Virus record (IMG/VR): IMGVR_UViG_3300038475_000040
Location: 1 to 26,979 of that record
DNA from: a virus
Taxonomy: Duplodnaviria > Caudoviricetes
Length of the DNA: 26,979 bases
Reading direction: 5' to 3' (one strand)
The notes under the pieces are model-generated. The model saw only the letters and a list, made by a program, of their open reading frames with translations. It searched no databases and had not been told where the DNA came from. The position numbers and the translations under genes were made by a program. Positions 7,970 through 17,009 of this stretch are shown one piece after another; within the stretch, counting starts at the first letter, position 1, and each line of letters begins with the position of its first letter.

Positions 7970-8385
7970 GGTTTCTCCCGGATCGTAAGTTGAAAGTCTT
8001 GCTTGGCTTGCTTGGCTTCAAATGCGGCAATCGCTCCTTTGCTGTTCAACACAGCAAGTTGACCGCTCAATATGCCAATGGTCGTGCCCAAAGCAATACA
8101 ACCTAACAACTGTGAGATAAAACCTTTGTTCGCATCACCGGCAAAGTTAGCACTGTGAATTTCAATCATATCCCGGCCTTGTACATTCATGACCTGATAA
8201 CACTCGCCATGCTTGGGAGATAAAATCCAGTGACAGGTATATTCGCCGGGGGGAATACAACTCAATCCATTTACATTACTTCTCCATGGCAGTTCCAGAG
8301 AATAGAGACTTATCCCGTCTTCAAACACAAAAGTTCCCAGCGTGCCCTGATCAGTAGAGGGCACGCGAGTAAGTGTGACGTTCAT
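7966..8385 (-). CDS. Putative endolysin, DUF5675 / L,D-transpeptidase-like
   Basis: SLELPW..N..GLSCIPPGEY and IEIHSAN...QLLGCIALG (His...Cys) motifs; first gene of the lysis cassette; AAGGAG RBS. Confidence 0.75.
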   Translation of the reverse strand: MNVTLTRVPSTDQGTLGTFVFEDGISLYSLELPWRSNVNGLSCIPPGEYTCHWILSPKHGECYQVMNVQGRDMIEIHSANFAGDANKGFISQLLGCIALGTTIGILSGQLAVLNSKGAIAAFEAKQAKQDFQLTIREKP

Positions 8386-8394
8386 GGAAACTCC

Positions 8395-8817
8395 TTATGT
8401 TGTGAAGTAGGTAACAGTCATCACCACCGATTGACCGGCAGTTGTTGTGAAGGTGGGCGAGTAAAGGTTGCCGTCTGTAGAGACATACCCATTACCAAGA
8501 GTGGCGTGAGTTGTTGCGTTGATTGCGATTACAGGTGTAATTGTTGTCGGTATATAGGGAAGAGAAAACTTGGTCGTGCCGACAGTGGATGAAGTTGAAA
8601 CTGAATCGGAGAGCGTCAGGATGGCCGTAACCACCCTACCCACTTTTGTAATGCTCACAGACTTGGTTAAAGTCCCGCCATGGGTTATGTTGGTTTGAGT
8701 GACGTAGGTATCGTTTGGTGTGTGGAGATTCTTAAACCAGAGTGCCCAGACTGGTTGAGGACCGTTTTTTGAATCGGAACCCCAGCCTGATTGGATTGGG
8801 GCGGGAGTGAAATTCAT
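8395..8817 (-). CDS. Tail-associated protein (Thr-rich beta protein)
   Basis: TAATG overlap with the tail fibre stop (MNFTPAPIQ...VWALWF); C-terminal KVGRVVT...FSLPY beta domain typical of tail proteins. Confidence 0.65.
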   Translation of the reverse strand: MNFTPAPIQSGWGSDSKNGPQPVWALWFKNLHTPNDTYVTQTNITHGGTLTKSVSITKVGRVVTAILTLSDSVSTSSTVGTTKFSLPYIPTTITPVIAINATTHATLGNGYVSTDGNLYSPTFTTTAGQSVVMTVTYFTT

Positions 8818-10337
8818 TAGACTTGCGCACCAACAGATACCCAAGTGCCGGGGGAACCTGCGACAGTGCAGATTGTTAAGACACCGGCAGCGGTAACGTA
8901 CATATCGCCAATAACATTAGGCCCTGTCGGTTGAGAATTTTGCGGCCATATTTGGAACGCAGATTTCGTAGTTGAGGCTGTAAGGCATGTTAGTCCATGC
9001 CCTGTAGCTGAATTACCATACACACCAACATTAGAAGACGAATAACCATATACACCCACTCCGCTAGATGTGGTGCCGTATACACCACCCGAAGAAGTTG
9101 ATACCCCCGTTAAACCATTACCGCTAACTGAAACACCATACACAGCATCGCCGCTGGTTGAAGCAACCCCAACAACCGCAGCACTTGTATTAAGACCTGC
9201 CGCTGTGTTGCCACGAACAGTATTTGTTCCAGTAATGGTCGTTCCATTTATCGCACCTGTTCCACTCCAATTAGCTGCCGTATCTGCGGTAGCGGCATGT
9301 AAATTAGCCACAAGGGTAGTAGAAGCAACTACTAATGGCGCAGTGCCTGTTGCGACTGTTGATGTGATCTGTCCGCTGGCAGAGATTGTTGTGGCATTTA
9401 CAGTGCCACCGGATTGATTTGTTGCGGTAGTTGCATTTATTGCATTCAATACAGTCCAAGATGCGGTCATGTAATTTACGCATTCCCAATTCCCTGCACC
9501 AAGCGATCTAAAGATTGCCTGATCCCCAGCAGCAGTCGTTATGTTTGCTGCGCCGGGTAAAATTAAACTTGTCGCGTTATATGTCAGCGTAAGAATTCCG
9601 CTGAACTTTACAAGACGAAGAACGCCAGCAAGCACAGTATCAAACGCGGTTATTGTGACCACACCAGATACAATCACATTTGCTGAAAGCGCGGCACCAA
9701 TGGGAGTTGTCGGCGCAGACGGAACAGTTACCGGCGCATTCATCGCCAACAACTGTTGTGGATAAGAGGGATTTACAGTATTAAGTATGCCGACGCTGAC
9801 AGCCGAAACACCGGAATCAAGCACTGTTGAGTCGGGCACAATAACAACCGTTGTTACGCCACCACCAAAACTGGATGAAACCACATACCCATATACAGTG
9901 CCTGCGCTTACAGCGAGTTTGACTCTGCGATTTAAAACGAAAGTAGCAGTATTGTTTCCCGATACGGAAAAAGTTGTGGTGTTGATATAAGAGGGTAAAA
10001 GCCCCGTTGTTACCCACTCGCTAACCGCAATGGTTGCCGTAATATCATTCAATCCCGCGATGTTGTCCCATGTGCCAAGAATGTTGTCGTTTGCATCAGT
10101 CAAGATAAATTTGTAAAGCGATCCCGACTGAAGCCACATTTCATTTAACGGTCTACCGGCGCTATCCAGAATAATTGGATTCGCATTCGTGATGATCTGT
10201 GTAGAGTCAGTCCATGTCGCAAGTGGCGCTGTTGTCCCGGCCAGATACGTGTAAATCTTTCCACCGGAAAGCGGGATGCCAGCATTGGAAAATAACTGCG
10301 CCCCAGCGCCAAATATTGGAGAAAGAAATGCGCTCAT
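8817..10337 (-). CDS. Tail fibre / tailspike-like protein
   Basis: N-terminal virion-binding motif PLSGGKIYTYLAGT...NANPIILDSAGR; Gly/Ser/Thr-rich modules; C-terminal GVYG repeats. Confidence 0.85.
   Translation of the reverse strand: MSAFLSPIFGAGAQLFSNAGIPLSGGKIYTYLAGTTAPLATWTDSTQIITNANPIILDSAGRPLNEMWLQSGSLYKFILTDANDNILGTWDNIAGLNDITATIAVSEWVTTGLLPSYINTTTFSVSGNNTATFVLNRRVKLAVSAGTVYGYVVSSSFGGGVTTVVIVPDSTVLDSGVSAVSVGILNTVNPSYPQQLLAMNAPVTVPSAPTTPIGAALSANVIVSGVVTITAFDTVLAGVLRLVKFSGILTLTYNATSLILPGAANITTAAGDQAIFRSLGAGNWECVNYMTASWTVLNAINATTATNQSGGTVNATTISASGQITSTVATGTAPLVVASTTLVANLHAATADTAANWSGTGAINGTTITGTNTVRGNTAAGLNTSAAVVGVASTSGDAVYGVSVSGNGLTGVSTSSGGVYGTTSSGVGVYGYSSSNVGVYGNSATGHGLTCLTASTTKSAFQIWPQNSQPTGPNVIGDMYVTAAGVLTICTVAGSPGTWVSVGAQV
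8988..9182 (-). repeat. ~10-residue GVYGxSxSxx repeats in the tail fibre
   Basis: AVYGVSVSGN-GLTGVSTSSG-GVYGTTSSGV-GVYGYSSSNV-GVYGNSATGH. Confidence 0.8.
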
Positions 10338-10450
10338 TGTTTTTCCTTTTTAAAGTGCGGGCCGCTGGCATTTTTGTTGCCGCGTAATGAATTAGATATT
10401 TTTTCCAAAACATCTTGAGAATAGATGCCGGTTTTACCAACATTCCAATA

Positions 10451-10813
10451 TTAAGTTTTACTTAATCGCTGGTTATAGGCTTGCCAGTCAACACCCAGTT
10501 CGTGTGCCATGAGTCGTTCAATGTTTGTGGCGAACTGGTGTTCTTTGAAGTAAGGGCAAGTTGGATGTTCACCGGGTTCTCCATCACCTTCCCAGTTAAG
10601 ATCAAAATCATCCACGGCTTTTTCAGATATACCGCGTTCAAGGCAAAGAAACATTTCAACCAATTCATGCATGATCACTAAAAGCTCATATCTGGAATCA
10701 TCCAGATCGGAAACACGAATCGAAACATGCCACGGTTTATCGCTGAACCAATCGCCTTGTGTATCGTAGCGCTGCTGATCTTGGGGAATCGTGGTGATGG
10801 TGATGTCGATCAT
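10451..10813 (-). CDS. Small putative metalloprotein (zincin-like, HELVE motif)
   Basis: LLVIMHELVE helix plus downstream EH..A..IE; ATGA-coupled to the ATP-grasp gene. Confidence 0.65.
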   Translation of the reverse strand: MIDITITTIPQDQQRYDTQGDWFSDKPWHVSIRVSDLDDSRYELLVIMHELVEMFLCLERGISEKAVDDFDLNWEGDGEPGEHPTCPYFKEHQFATNIERLMAHELGVDWQAYNQRLSKT

Positions 10814-12135
10814 TTTTGATATTCCGCATGAGTCGCAAAACCCATTTCATGCAGCTTGGGTAGTTTCTCTTTCAGGTCTTCACCGATATCATCTCGCACG
10901 ATATGATTTGCCAGTTGCAATTGCTCCATGGTTTTGTATGTGCGATCACGGGCTTGTTTTACGTCTTTGCCGAAACCAGTCACTACAATGGCATAACGTT
11001 CAGTCGTATTCCACACAGGCCGTCTCACAACTTTGTCGCCGTCCATGTCTGGCATCACATCAATTTTCACAGACTGAGGATGGAGATATTTTTTATTGCC
11101 CTTGGTGATGCCATAGATCGGTAGACCCTGATAGTCCTCAACAGGTAATTTGTTATGTGGGAAATCACCATGGGCCAGAATAAGACAGCATCCAATATCT
11201 TCCTTGAATGCAGTTGTGTCTTTACCTTCTAAAGCGTCTTTCATCCAAGTAATTGGATCGCCTTCAATCGCACTTAGCATCATGTTCGCAATCGGCCAAC
11301 CCCAGCGCACCGTAAACTCTGTAGGCCGTGGTATGCCGTCTTCCGGGATCATGAAGCCTAAAGCAACATCGCCTGTGTGGCCCATGGCGATCAGTTCTTT
11401 TTCTACCTTGGCTAAAGTCTCTTCACCTAAAACGCTTTCTTTGGTGAAGTAAGCTATCGTGCCCATTTCACCTGTGTTGGGACCGTAGTTACCCGGCATC
11501 ATCTTTTTGTACTCAAAGGACTCATTCCAAGGGCCAATGAAGCCTTTAGAACCCATAAAACGAGATACACCCATCTCAATGCCCTTCACGAACTCCTGAA
11601 GCATCACCTCGCCCTTGGGCTTCTGGCCTTGCTTAATCTTGCCCTCGATCCATGTCAGCATGTCTGCTGCGGATTTGGAAACATACGTCAAGGCTTTATC
11701 TTCGTTGTCGCCCATGGTCTTGAAGACAAATTGTTGACCTGTCTTTTCCACATGCTTGGCCGCTTCTTCCATGGTGCTGAAAGTCTGGTAAGGAACGACT
11801 TCGATCCCTACTTTCTTCAACAACTCCATTCCGGCTTTACGTGAGATTTCCAGTTTTGCAGATTCAGTCGTGGGACCAAATACAGGCATACCCTGTTTCT
11901 TCAAAGCAGTCAGGCGTTCGATGTATTTATTGTTGCTGCTCACCAAGATCAGGTCAGCCCATTTCAAACTGGGAACGAAGTTGTCGATCTTCTCCACACC
12001 TTTAAAACCATTTCCGACTTCTTCCCGATCCAACGCTTCAGGTTTTACAAACCACCTGACTTCATGTCCTGCTTGGGCGGCTCTCCATGCCCAAGAGAGC
12101 ATTGCGTTTTCAACGTCAATAATCAGGAGTTTCAT
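10810..12135 (-). CDS. Divergent PurD (GAR synthetase)-like ATP-grasp ligase
   Basis: VFGPTTESAKLEISR, LQEFVKGIE, GPNTGEMG (PurD GPNTGGMG), EFTVRWGWP (PurD EFNxRFGDP) and C-terminal RDDIG. Confidence 0.85.
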   Translation of the reverse strand: MKLLIIDVENAMLSWAWRAAQAGHEVRWFVKPEALDREEVGNGFKGVEKIDNFVPSLKWADLILVSSNNKYIERLTALKKQGMPVFGPTTESAKLEISRKAGMELLKKVGIEVVPYQTFSTMEEAAKHVEKTGQQFVFKTMGDNEDKALTYVSKSAADMLTWIEGKIKQGQKPKGEVMLQEFVKGIEMGVSRFMGSKGFIGPWNESFEYKKMMPGNYGPNTGEMGTIAYFTKESVLGEETLAKVEKELIAMGHTGDVALGFMIPEDGIPRPTEFTVRWGWPIANMMLSAIEGDPITWMKDALEGKDTTAFKEDIGCCLILAHGDFPHNKLPVEDYQGLPIYGITKGNKKYLHPQSVKIDVMPDMDGDKVVRRPVWNTTERYAIVVTGFGKDVKQARDRTYKTMEQLQLANHIVRDDIGEDLKEKLPKLHEMGFATHAEYQK

Positions 12136-13784
12136 TTGATCCCCTCTTCCATGGGGATTTGATTTTCTGCATCTGACGCACCAACAGCAGCAGCCGGTAA
12201 ACCACGTATCATGGCCCGCTTGTTTCTTAGCGCAGTATCTGAACGTGTCGCTGAAGCGCCTCTCTTTTGATAGAAGTCAGAAAGCCCCGCTGATCTTGCC
12301 ATTGGCCTTCCAGCAACAGCACCTACAGCCCCGGCAGCAAGGCCCGGTCTACCAGCAGCCAAAGCAGGCACCGCTTCCATACCGGCAACAGCAACATCCA
12401 AAGGACTGAATCCGGGATGAGTACCAACAGCTTCGGGTGTTCTTGCGCTTTTCTCGAAAGTCTTTGCAAAGCGCGCGATATCTCTCAACTCGCCAGTCAT
12501 GGGGCGTTTCTTCAGGAGCTTACCCAGATAGACAGCGTTGACGTTACCCGTGACATCATTAAGGGATGCTTCAACATCGTAAGTTTTGGCAATCAGTTCG
12601 CGGGCTTTCTTGTAGTCACCCACCAATTCAGGTTTGCCGGATGCAGCGAGATTATCCTCAACGAGTGTATCCAAAGCATCGGCAGCAGTTCTTTGTGCGC
12701 GGGCCAGCGCTACTTTTGCAGGATCTGTAAAGGCCCGGAAATTATCCTTGGCGCTTGCTCTCAAGTCTTTAACCATTTCAATTGCACCCGTCGGGCTGAC
12801 TACATCTTTCTTCAGCATTGACTTCAGGTCGTTGATCGCGGATTTGTTCTTTGCCAATTCAGGATAGTCTATTTCGGCCTTACTCCAATCCTGACTCAGA
12901 TCATCAAGCGCTTTTACATACTTGGGATTGGATTGAATCGGGACATTGGAATCCTTGATCGCCTGATAAGATTTACCTGCATTGGTACGCACGGTATCCA
13001 GTAAATCAGCAGACAAGGTTTTGTCTTGGGCGATACCCAAAGCTTTTTTGGCGAGGTTGTTGGTGACGGGCTGATTCTTGATACTTGCGGATTGATCAGT
13101 TTGAATCTTCCCGCCCCAACCTGTGATCAGTCGATTAAGCAAAGTCGGGTTTGCTTCAGAAGGAGGGAGAACATAGCCAAGGTCTTGGGCTTTTTGGGCC
13201 TGCATCTCTTTGGGTGTAGTCGGGGGTAAGTCTTTAACGGGCGCTTTCATTTGCTTGCCAAGCCCTTTCAAGGGTGCAGCAGCAAGTGCCATTTGTGGCA
13301 CTGCCTCACCTAAAGCTTCACCGGCATTACGGCCTTGCGGGCCAGCTACAGCCTCCCCAATGGCACCGCCAGCTTTCTTACCAACCCAGCTTGCGCCTTC
13401 CATGGGGGCGCTTACCATCTGGTTCATCACTTCACCTTCTCTGCTGCGCGGCTGATAGGTCAAAGCCTCTTGTGTGCCCCGTATAGCACCAGCACCTTTG
13501 TCTGCCGCTTCGTTAAACGATTCGCCAGCCAGAAGGCCCCCACCAGTACGAGTAAGACCAGCAACACCGCCCAAGGCCGAAGCAAGGGTGCCTGTAGCCG
13601 CACTCAAGCCCGCTTCTGTAAGTGCTTTCGCGCCCTTCGCCATGGCTTTGCCGGTATAGCCAAGAAGAGACGTTTTTTCTCTCTTTTTGGGCGGCTCGTA
13701 CTCTTCAGCGGAATGTTCGTTAGAGACAACTTCGCCCGTGTATTCCTTGATAGGAACAACCTCGCCTGTGTATTCAGTAGCCAT
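12132..13784 (-). CDS. Putative ejection (DNA transfer) protein
   Basis: 550 aa, Ala/Gly/Lys-rich helical; third of three large genes after the tail hub, matching the P22 gp7/gp20/gp16 arrangement; N-terminal EYTGEVV duplicated. Confidence 0.7.
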   Translation of the reverse strand: MATEYTGEVVPIKEYTGEVVSNEHSAEEYEPPKKREKTSLLGYTGKAMAKGAKALTEAGLSAATGTLASALGGVAGLTRTGGGLLAGESFNEAADKGAGAIRGTQEALTYQPRSREGEVMNQMVSAPMEGASWVGKKAGGAIGEAVAGPQGRNAGEALGEAVPQMALAAAPLKGLGKQMKAPVKDLPPTTPKEMQAQKAQDLGYVLPPSEANPTLLNRLITGWGGKIQTDQSASIKNQPVTNNLAKKALGIAQDKTLSADLLDTVRTNAGKSYQAIKDSNVPIQSNPKYVKALDDLSQDWSKAEIDYPELAKNKSAINDLKSMLKKDVVSPTGAIEMVKDLRASAKDNFRAFTDPAKVALARAQRTAADALDTLVEDNLAASGKPELVGDYKKARELIAKTYDVEASLNDVTGNVNAVYLGKLLKKRPMTGELRDIARFAKTFEKSARTPEAVGTHPGFSPLDVAVAGMEAVPALAAGRPGLAAGAVGAVAGRPMARSAGLSDFYQKRGASATRSDTALRNKRAMIRGLPAAAVGASDAENQIPMEEGIK

Positions 13785-13786
13785 GA

Positions 13787-15274
13787 TTAATTTTCAACGT
13801 ACATTTTGCCGTTTGGTGCTTTCCAAACAGGTTTTCCATCAGGTGTGTGACCGGCTTGTTTTGATCCTTCCGGCATTCCTTTGGGTAATGTTTCATGTGG
13901 AACTGCCGTAGATTTATCTGTATTCGTTTTATCTGACGGGGCGGCAGTTTCATCGCTTTTGGGGATTTGCTTTAGAGCCTTGGCGCGCTCATCTTCCATC
14001 GCTTTAACGCGGTTCTTGCCGTCTTGTTGGAGGCGGCGAATCACGCGCTCATAAGACTTGAGCGGCATGTCGCCGCTTATAACGCTTTCCATTTCCTTAC
14101 GTGCAGAATCTGAAAGCTGGCCCACCAGTCTTGGGTTGTTCAATACCCGCGCGGCCTCAGTTTGGACAATCGTGGTTTGAGCTAAAAACTCTGCCACATC
14201 AGGATTGTCACCAACATTTTGTTTCAGCCAATTGATACTCTTGTTAGCCAATCTGGAATCGGTTGCAACCGCCTTCTTTGAAAGCTGAACCGCGATATCC
14301 GCATTCTTGTTCAGCATCTGCTCATACGGACGAATTGCAGTCAGGTCTTTTGAAATATTGACCGCTGAAGCTTTGTCTGCGGCATAAGAAATAGAGGTAA
14401 AGCCGGGGTCATACTGATTTGCTAATTGCGATATGCGCTCGCGGTGCCGCAAGGAAACATCACTGATCTGAGTGCGACCCTCAACCACCGCTTTGACTTG
14501 AGCCTGATCACCGGGCGAAAGCATTTTTAAAAACTCGGGACCATGCAAGGTAGATTGGGAGACGCTATCGGCCACGCCACTACCACCCGGCGCTGCCGGT
14601 TCTCGTTTGTACTTACCTTCCAAGGCAGCACCTGTTTTGGTCTGCTGTTCTTCTTGACGCAGTTTTGCAGCGGCCATCAAAGTATCTTGATGTGACTTTA
14701 CCGTTTCAAATTTAGATTTAAACTGCGCAGGGTTCCCCGCCATGTATTGATCCAACGCCGCCTTCGGTATGACAGGTTGCCCACCGACAGCAGGCATATT
14801 TTCGATTTGCTGCTTTTTTTGTGCCTTAGCATTTTCAAAAGCCAGATTTGCTTCTTCTTCGCTTTTCCCTGTCGCCTTGGCTTCATTGTAAGCAGACAAA
14901 GGTTCTTCCACATTTCCTTTCATGAATTCCAGTTTGTCTTGCGTACTCTTTAGTACCTCATCGCCAGATTTCAGTAAATGCTCTTGAAATTGTGCTTGTT
15001 GCGCCTTTGCTTCCTGCGCGGCTTGCGTAAGAGTCATATAAGTTTTTGGCGATACATTTCCTTTGGCTTTTTGAGCAAAAGCAGTGATGCCATCGGGTGT
15101 TTCAAAATTTGCACCTTCCTTCAACGCTTGTTGAATGTATTGCTGATCTTTCTGTTGCTGCTGCATCTCCTGCTGCTTTTGAATCGTTTCAGCAAGTTGA
15201 TATGTTTGTCCTGCTGCCTGCGCAAAGCTAGGCGGCTGTGCTGCTGACAAAGGGATTTGCGGATCAATTGCCAT
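13787..15274 (-). CDS. Putative ejection (DNA transfer) protein
   Basis: MAIDPQIPL start, Gln/Ala/Lys-rich coiled coils, no Cys; position between two similar genes. Confidence 0.7.
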   Translation of the reverse strand: MAIDPQIPLSAAQPPSFAQAAGQTYQLAETIQKQQEMQQQQKDQQYIQQALKEGANFETPDGITAFAQKAKGNVSPKTYMTLTQAAQEAKAQQAQFQEHLLKSGDEVLKSTQDKLEFMKGNVEEPLSAYNEAKATGKSEEEANLAFENAKAQKKQQIENMPAVGGQPVIPKAALDQYMAGNPAQFKSKFETVKSHQDTLMAAAKLRQEEQQTKTGAALEGKYKREPAAPGGSGVADSVSQSTLHGPEFLKMLSPGDQAQVKAVVEGRTQISDVSLRHRERISQLANQYDPGFTSISYAADKASAVNISKDLTAIRPYEQMLNKNADIAVQLSKKAVATDSRLANKSINWLKQNVGDNPDVAEFLAQTTIVQTEAARVLNNPRLVGQLSDSARKEMESVISGDMPLKSYERVIRRLQQDGKNRVKAMEDERAKALKQIPKSDETAAPSDKTNTDKSTAVPHETLPKGMPEGSKQAGHTPDGKPVWKAPNGKMYVEN

Positions 15275-16305
15275 TATGCTCTCCTAACTTCTTCCATCTG
15301 GATACCCAACATCCCGTAATTAACTCTGCCGAATCCGCCGTTCTTGGAAACTGCTTCCGGCATAACTTTTTCTACTTCATCAGACATCACACCGCAATAA
15401 GTCTTGTCGTCATCCCAGATGTAATTGAACGTATAGAGGTTCAGATCATGTACAGTCTTTCCGACGAGCGTTATATTTTTCTTCAAGCGCGGATCGGATG
15501 CGCCACCCGATGCATTCATTGCTGCCGCATTATCGCTATATGCGCCACTATTAACACCGCTACCAGTTGAAGCAGATGGATTCATTAAATTCTGCAACAT
15601 CATATATTGGCCGACACTGGTAGCAGCACCACCCAGAGCATTTGCTGATCCGATTTGTCCCGCAGCTTGAGCATTTCCAATTCCGGTTTGTAGATTGGAA
15701 ATATTCGTTCCTGCGTTACCTACATTCGCAGCTTGTCCGCTGGCGCTGGCTTGGCCCATACTTGCAAGATTTTGAAGTGGGTTAATCGCATTATTCTGGT
15801 TCATCTGAAAGACGTTTTGTGCTTGCTGTTGCCCTGCCAACGCTTGATTGAAATTTGTCTGGTTGGACTGAAGCCACTGGTTGTAGCCTTGCTGTTCATA
15901 TTGCGAACCAATATCCCCGGCCAATTTCCCAGCCCCAACGATAGCGTTAGAAGATAAACCTTGTCCACCTACTGCCATTTGACTTTGCATTGCAGCCAGA
16001 GCCTCTTTGGTTGCGAATTGTTGCGCTTGCGATTCACCCGCGACATAAGGTGATGCAGTCGGCAAGTCTTTCATTGCAAATTGCTGTGTAAACTGTCCGC
16101 CCGGCTGGGTTCCTTGTTGAAGTTGTTGCAATGCTGTTTGACCGGCAGCGACATACGGTTGTTGTATAGCCTGCTGTGAAGCCAACGCTTGTTGTTGGCT
16201 GTTAATTGCGGCTTGACCGGAAGCGGATTGCGTATTCGCTGCACTATGAGACGCATCGCTTGCAATTAAGGCACCACCAACTATCGCTGCTGCTGTCCAT
16301 GGCAT
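15274..16305 (-). CDS. gp7-like ejection/pilot protein with C-terminal peptidase S74 chaperone domain
   Basis: MPWTAAAIVGGALI N-terminus, QPYVAAG and LASMGQASA motifs in a Gln/Ala/Gly-rich body; C-terminal SDPRLKKNI...GVMSDEVEKVMPEAV...VNYG. Confidence 0.8.
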   Translation of the reverse strand: MPWTAAAIVGGALIASDASHSAANTQSASGQAAINSQQQALASQQAIQQPYVAAGQTALQQLQQGTQPGGQFTQQFAMKDLPTASPYVAGESQAQQFATKEALAAMQSQMAVGGQGLSSNAIVGAGKLAGDIGSQYEQQGYNQWLQSNQTNFNQALAGQQQAQNVFQMNQNNAINPLQNLASMGQASASGQAANVGNAGTNISNLQTGIGNAQAAGQIGSANALGGAATSVGQYMMLQNLMNPSASTGSGVNSGAYSDNAAAMNASGGASDPRLKKNITLVGKTVHDLNLYTFNYIWDDDKTYCGVMSDEVEKVMPEAVSKNGGFGRVNYGMLGIQMEEVRRA

Positions 16306-16317
16306 TTTTGTTCTCCC

Positions 16318-16344
16318 AATAAAAAGCCGCCCGAAGGCGGCTTT
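16318..16344 (-). terminator. Rho-independent terminator
   Basis: AAAGCCGCC-TTCG-GGCGGCTTT followed by TTATT (U-tract TTTTTATT). Confidence 0.85.
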
Positions 16345-16361
16345 GATGTAGTTAATATGTG

Positions 16362-17009
16362 TTAATTGTTAATCTTTTTACTGAACGCATCTTCACGATC
16401 CGTTCTAATGCAAAAAATTATCGTGATGCGATCAACGCTACTATTGTTCGGCACCCAATGTTCTTTTTGGTTGTCGAACCAATAAAAATCGCCCTGTTTT
16501 GCAGTGAAGTGTTCGCCGGGGAAGCAAAACGCTTGCTCCGGTATAGACGTTAAGCCGTTGTGATAATTCAAGTCGGGCGCACATTCCAGTTGCACAGCAA
16601 TTTTGCAGTTGTAGTAAGCAGCGTGCCATGAGCCAATATCAATATGTGGCTTACACATTTTCCCCGGTCTGATTCTGGTAATTAAAATCCCACCAAGTCT
16701 TTCACCTTTAACTCTATACATAAGCTCATACGCCAATTCCTTAATTGACGGCAAGTATGATGCGCTTGGATACCAGACGGACTCATGCGGAAATATTTGT
16801 CTTGCAAGGTTTTCTGGAATATCCGATACCACATCATCAATGTGTTGGTATCGAATCCAGATGTCATCCAACCCATGATGTGGACTCGTCGGGTCTTTGC
16901 GCCGGAAGTCATATAAATTCCAGACTTGAGGATTATTTTTCAACTCAAGTTGAATTCTGCGAATAATGTCCATACCGACATTACCCAAATGCAACATGGT
17001 GTCAGACAT
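16362..17009 (-). CDS. Aspartyl/asparaginyl beta-hydroxylase-family 2OG-Fe(II) dioxygenase
   Basis: ILITRIRPGKMCKPHID (HxD) ... GDFYWFDNQKEHWVPNNSSVDRITII (distal His and Arg). Confidence 0.88.
   Translation of the reverse strand: MSDTMLHLGNVGMDIIRRIQLELKNNPQVWNLYDFRRKDPTSPHHGLDDIWIRYQHIDDVVSDIPENLARQIFPHESVWYPSASYLPSIKELAYELMYRVKGERLGGILITRIRPGKMCKPHIDIGSWHAAYYNCKIAVQLECAPDLNYHNGLTSIPEQAFCFPGEHFTAKQGDFYWFDNQKEHWVPNNSSVDRITIIFCIRTDREDAFSKKINN

Noticed and set aside
8817-10337. Diversity-generating retroelement or invertible tail fibre cassette
   Set aside because: No reverse transcriptase, invertase or near-identical template repeat was seen in the window.
10207-10443. 78-aa ORF upstream of the tail fibre
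   Set aside because: Overlaps the fibre gene by about 130 nt in another frame, with a weak RBS and no motif.
10810-12135. Calling the gene purD (auxiliary purine-synthesis gene)
   Set aside because: Key PurD substrate motifs are altered and the context is structural, so the symbol is withheld.
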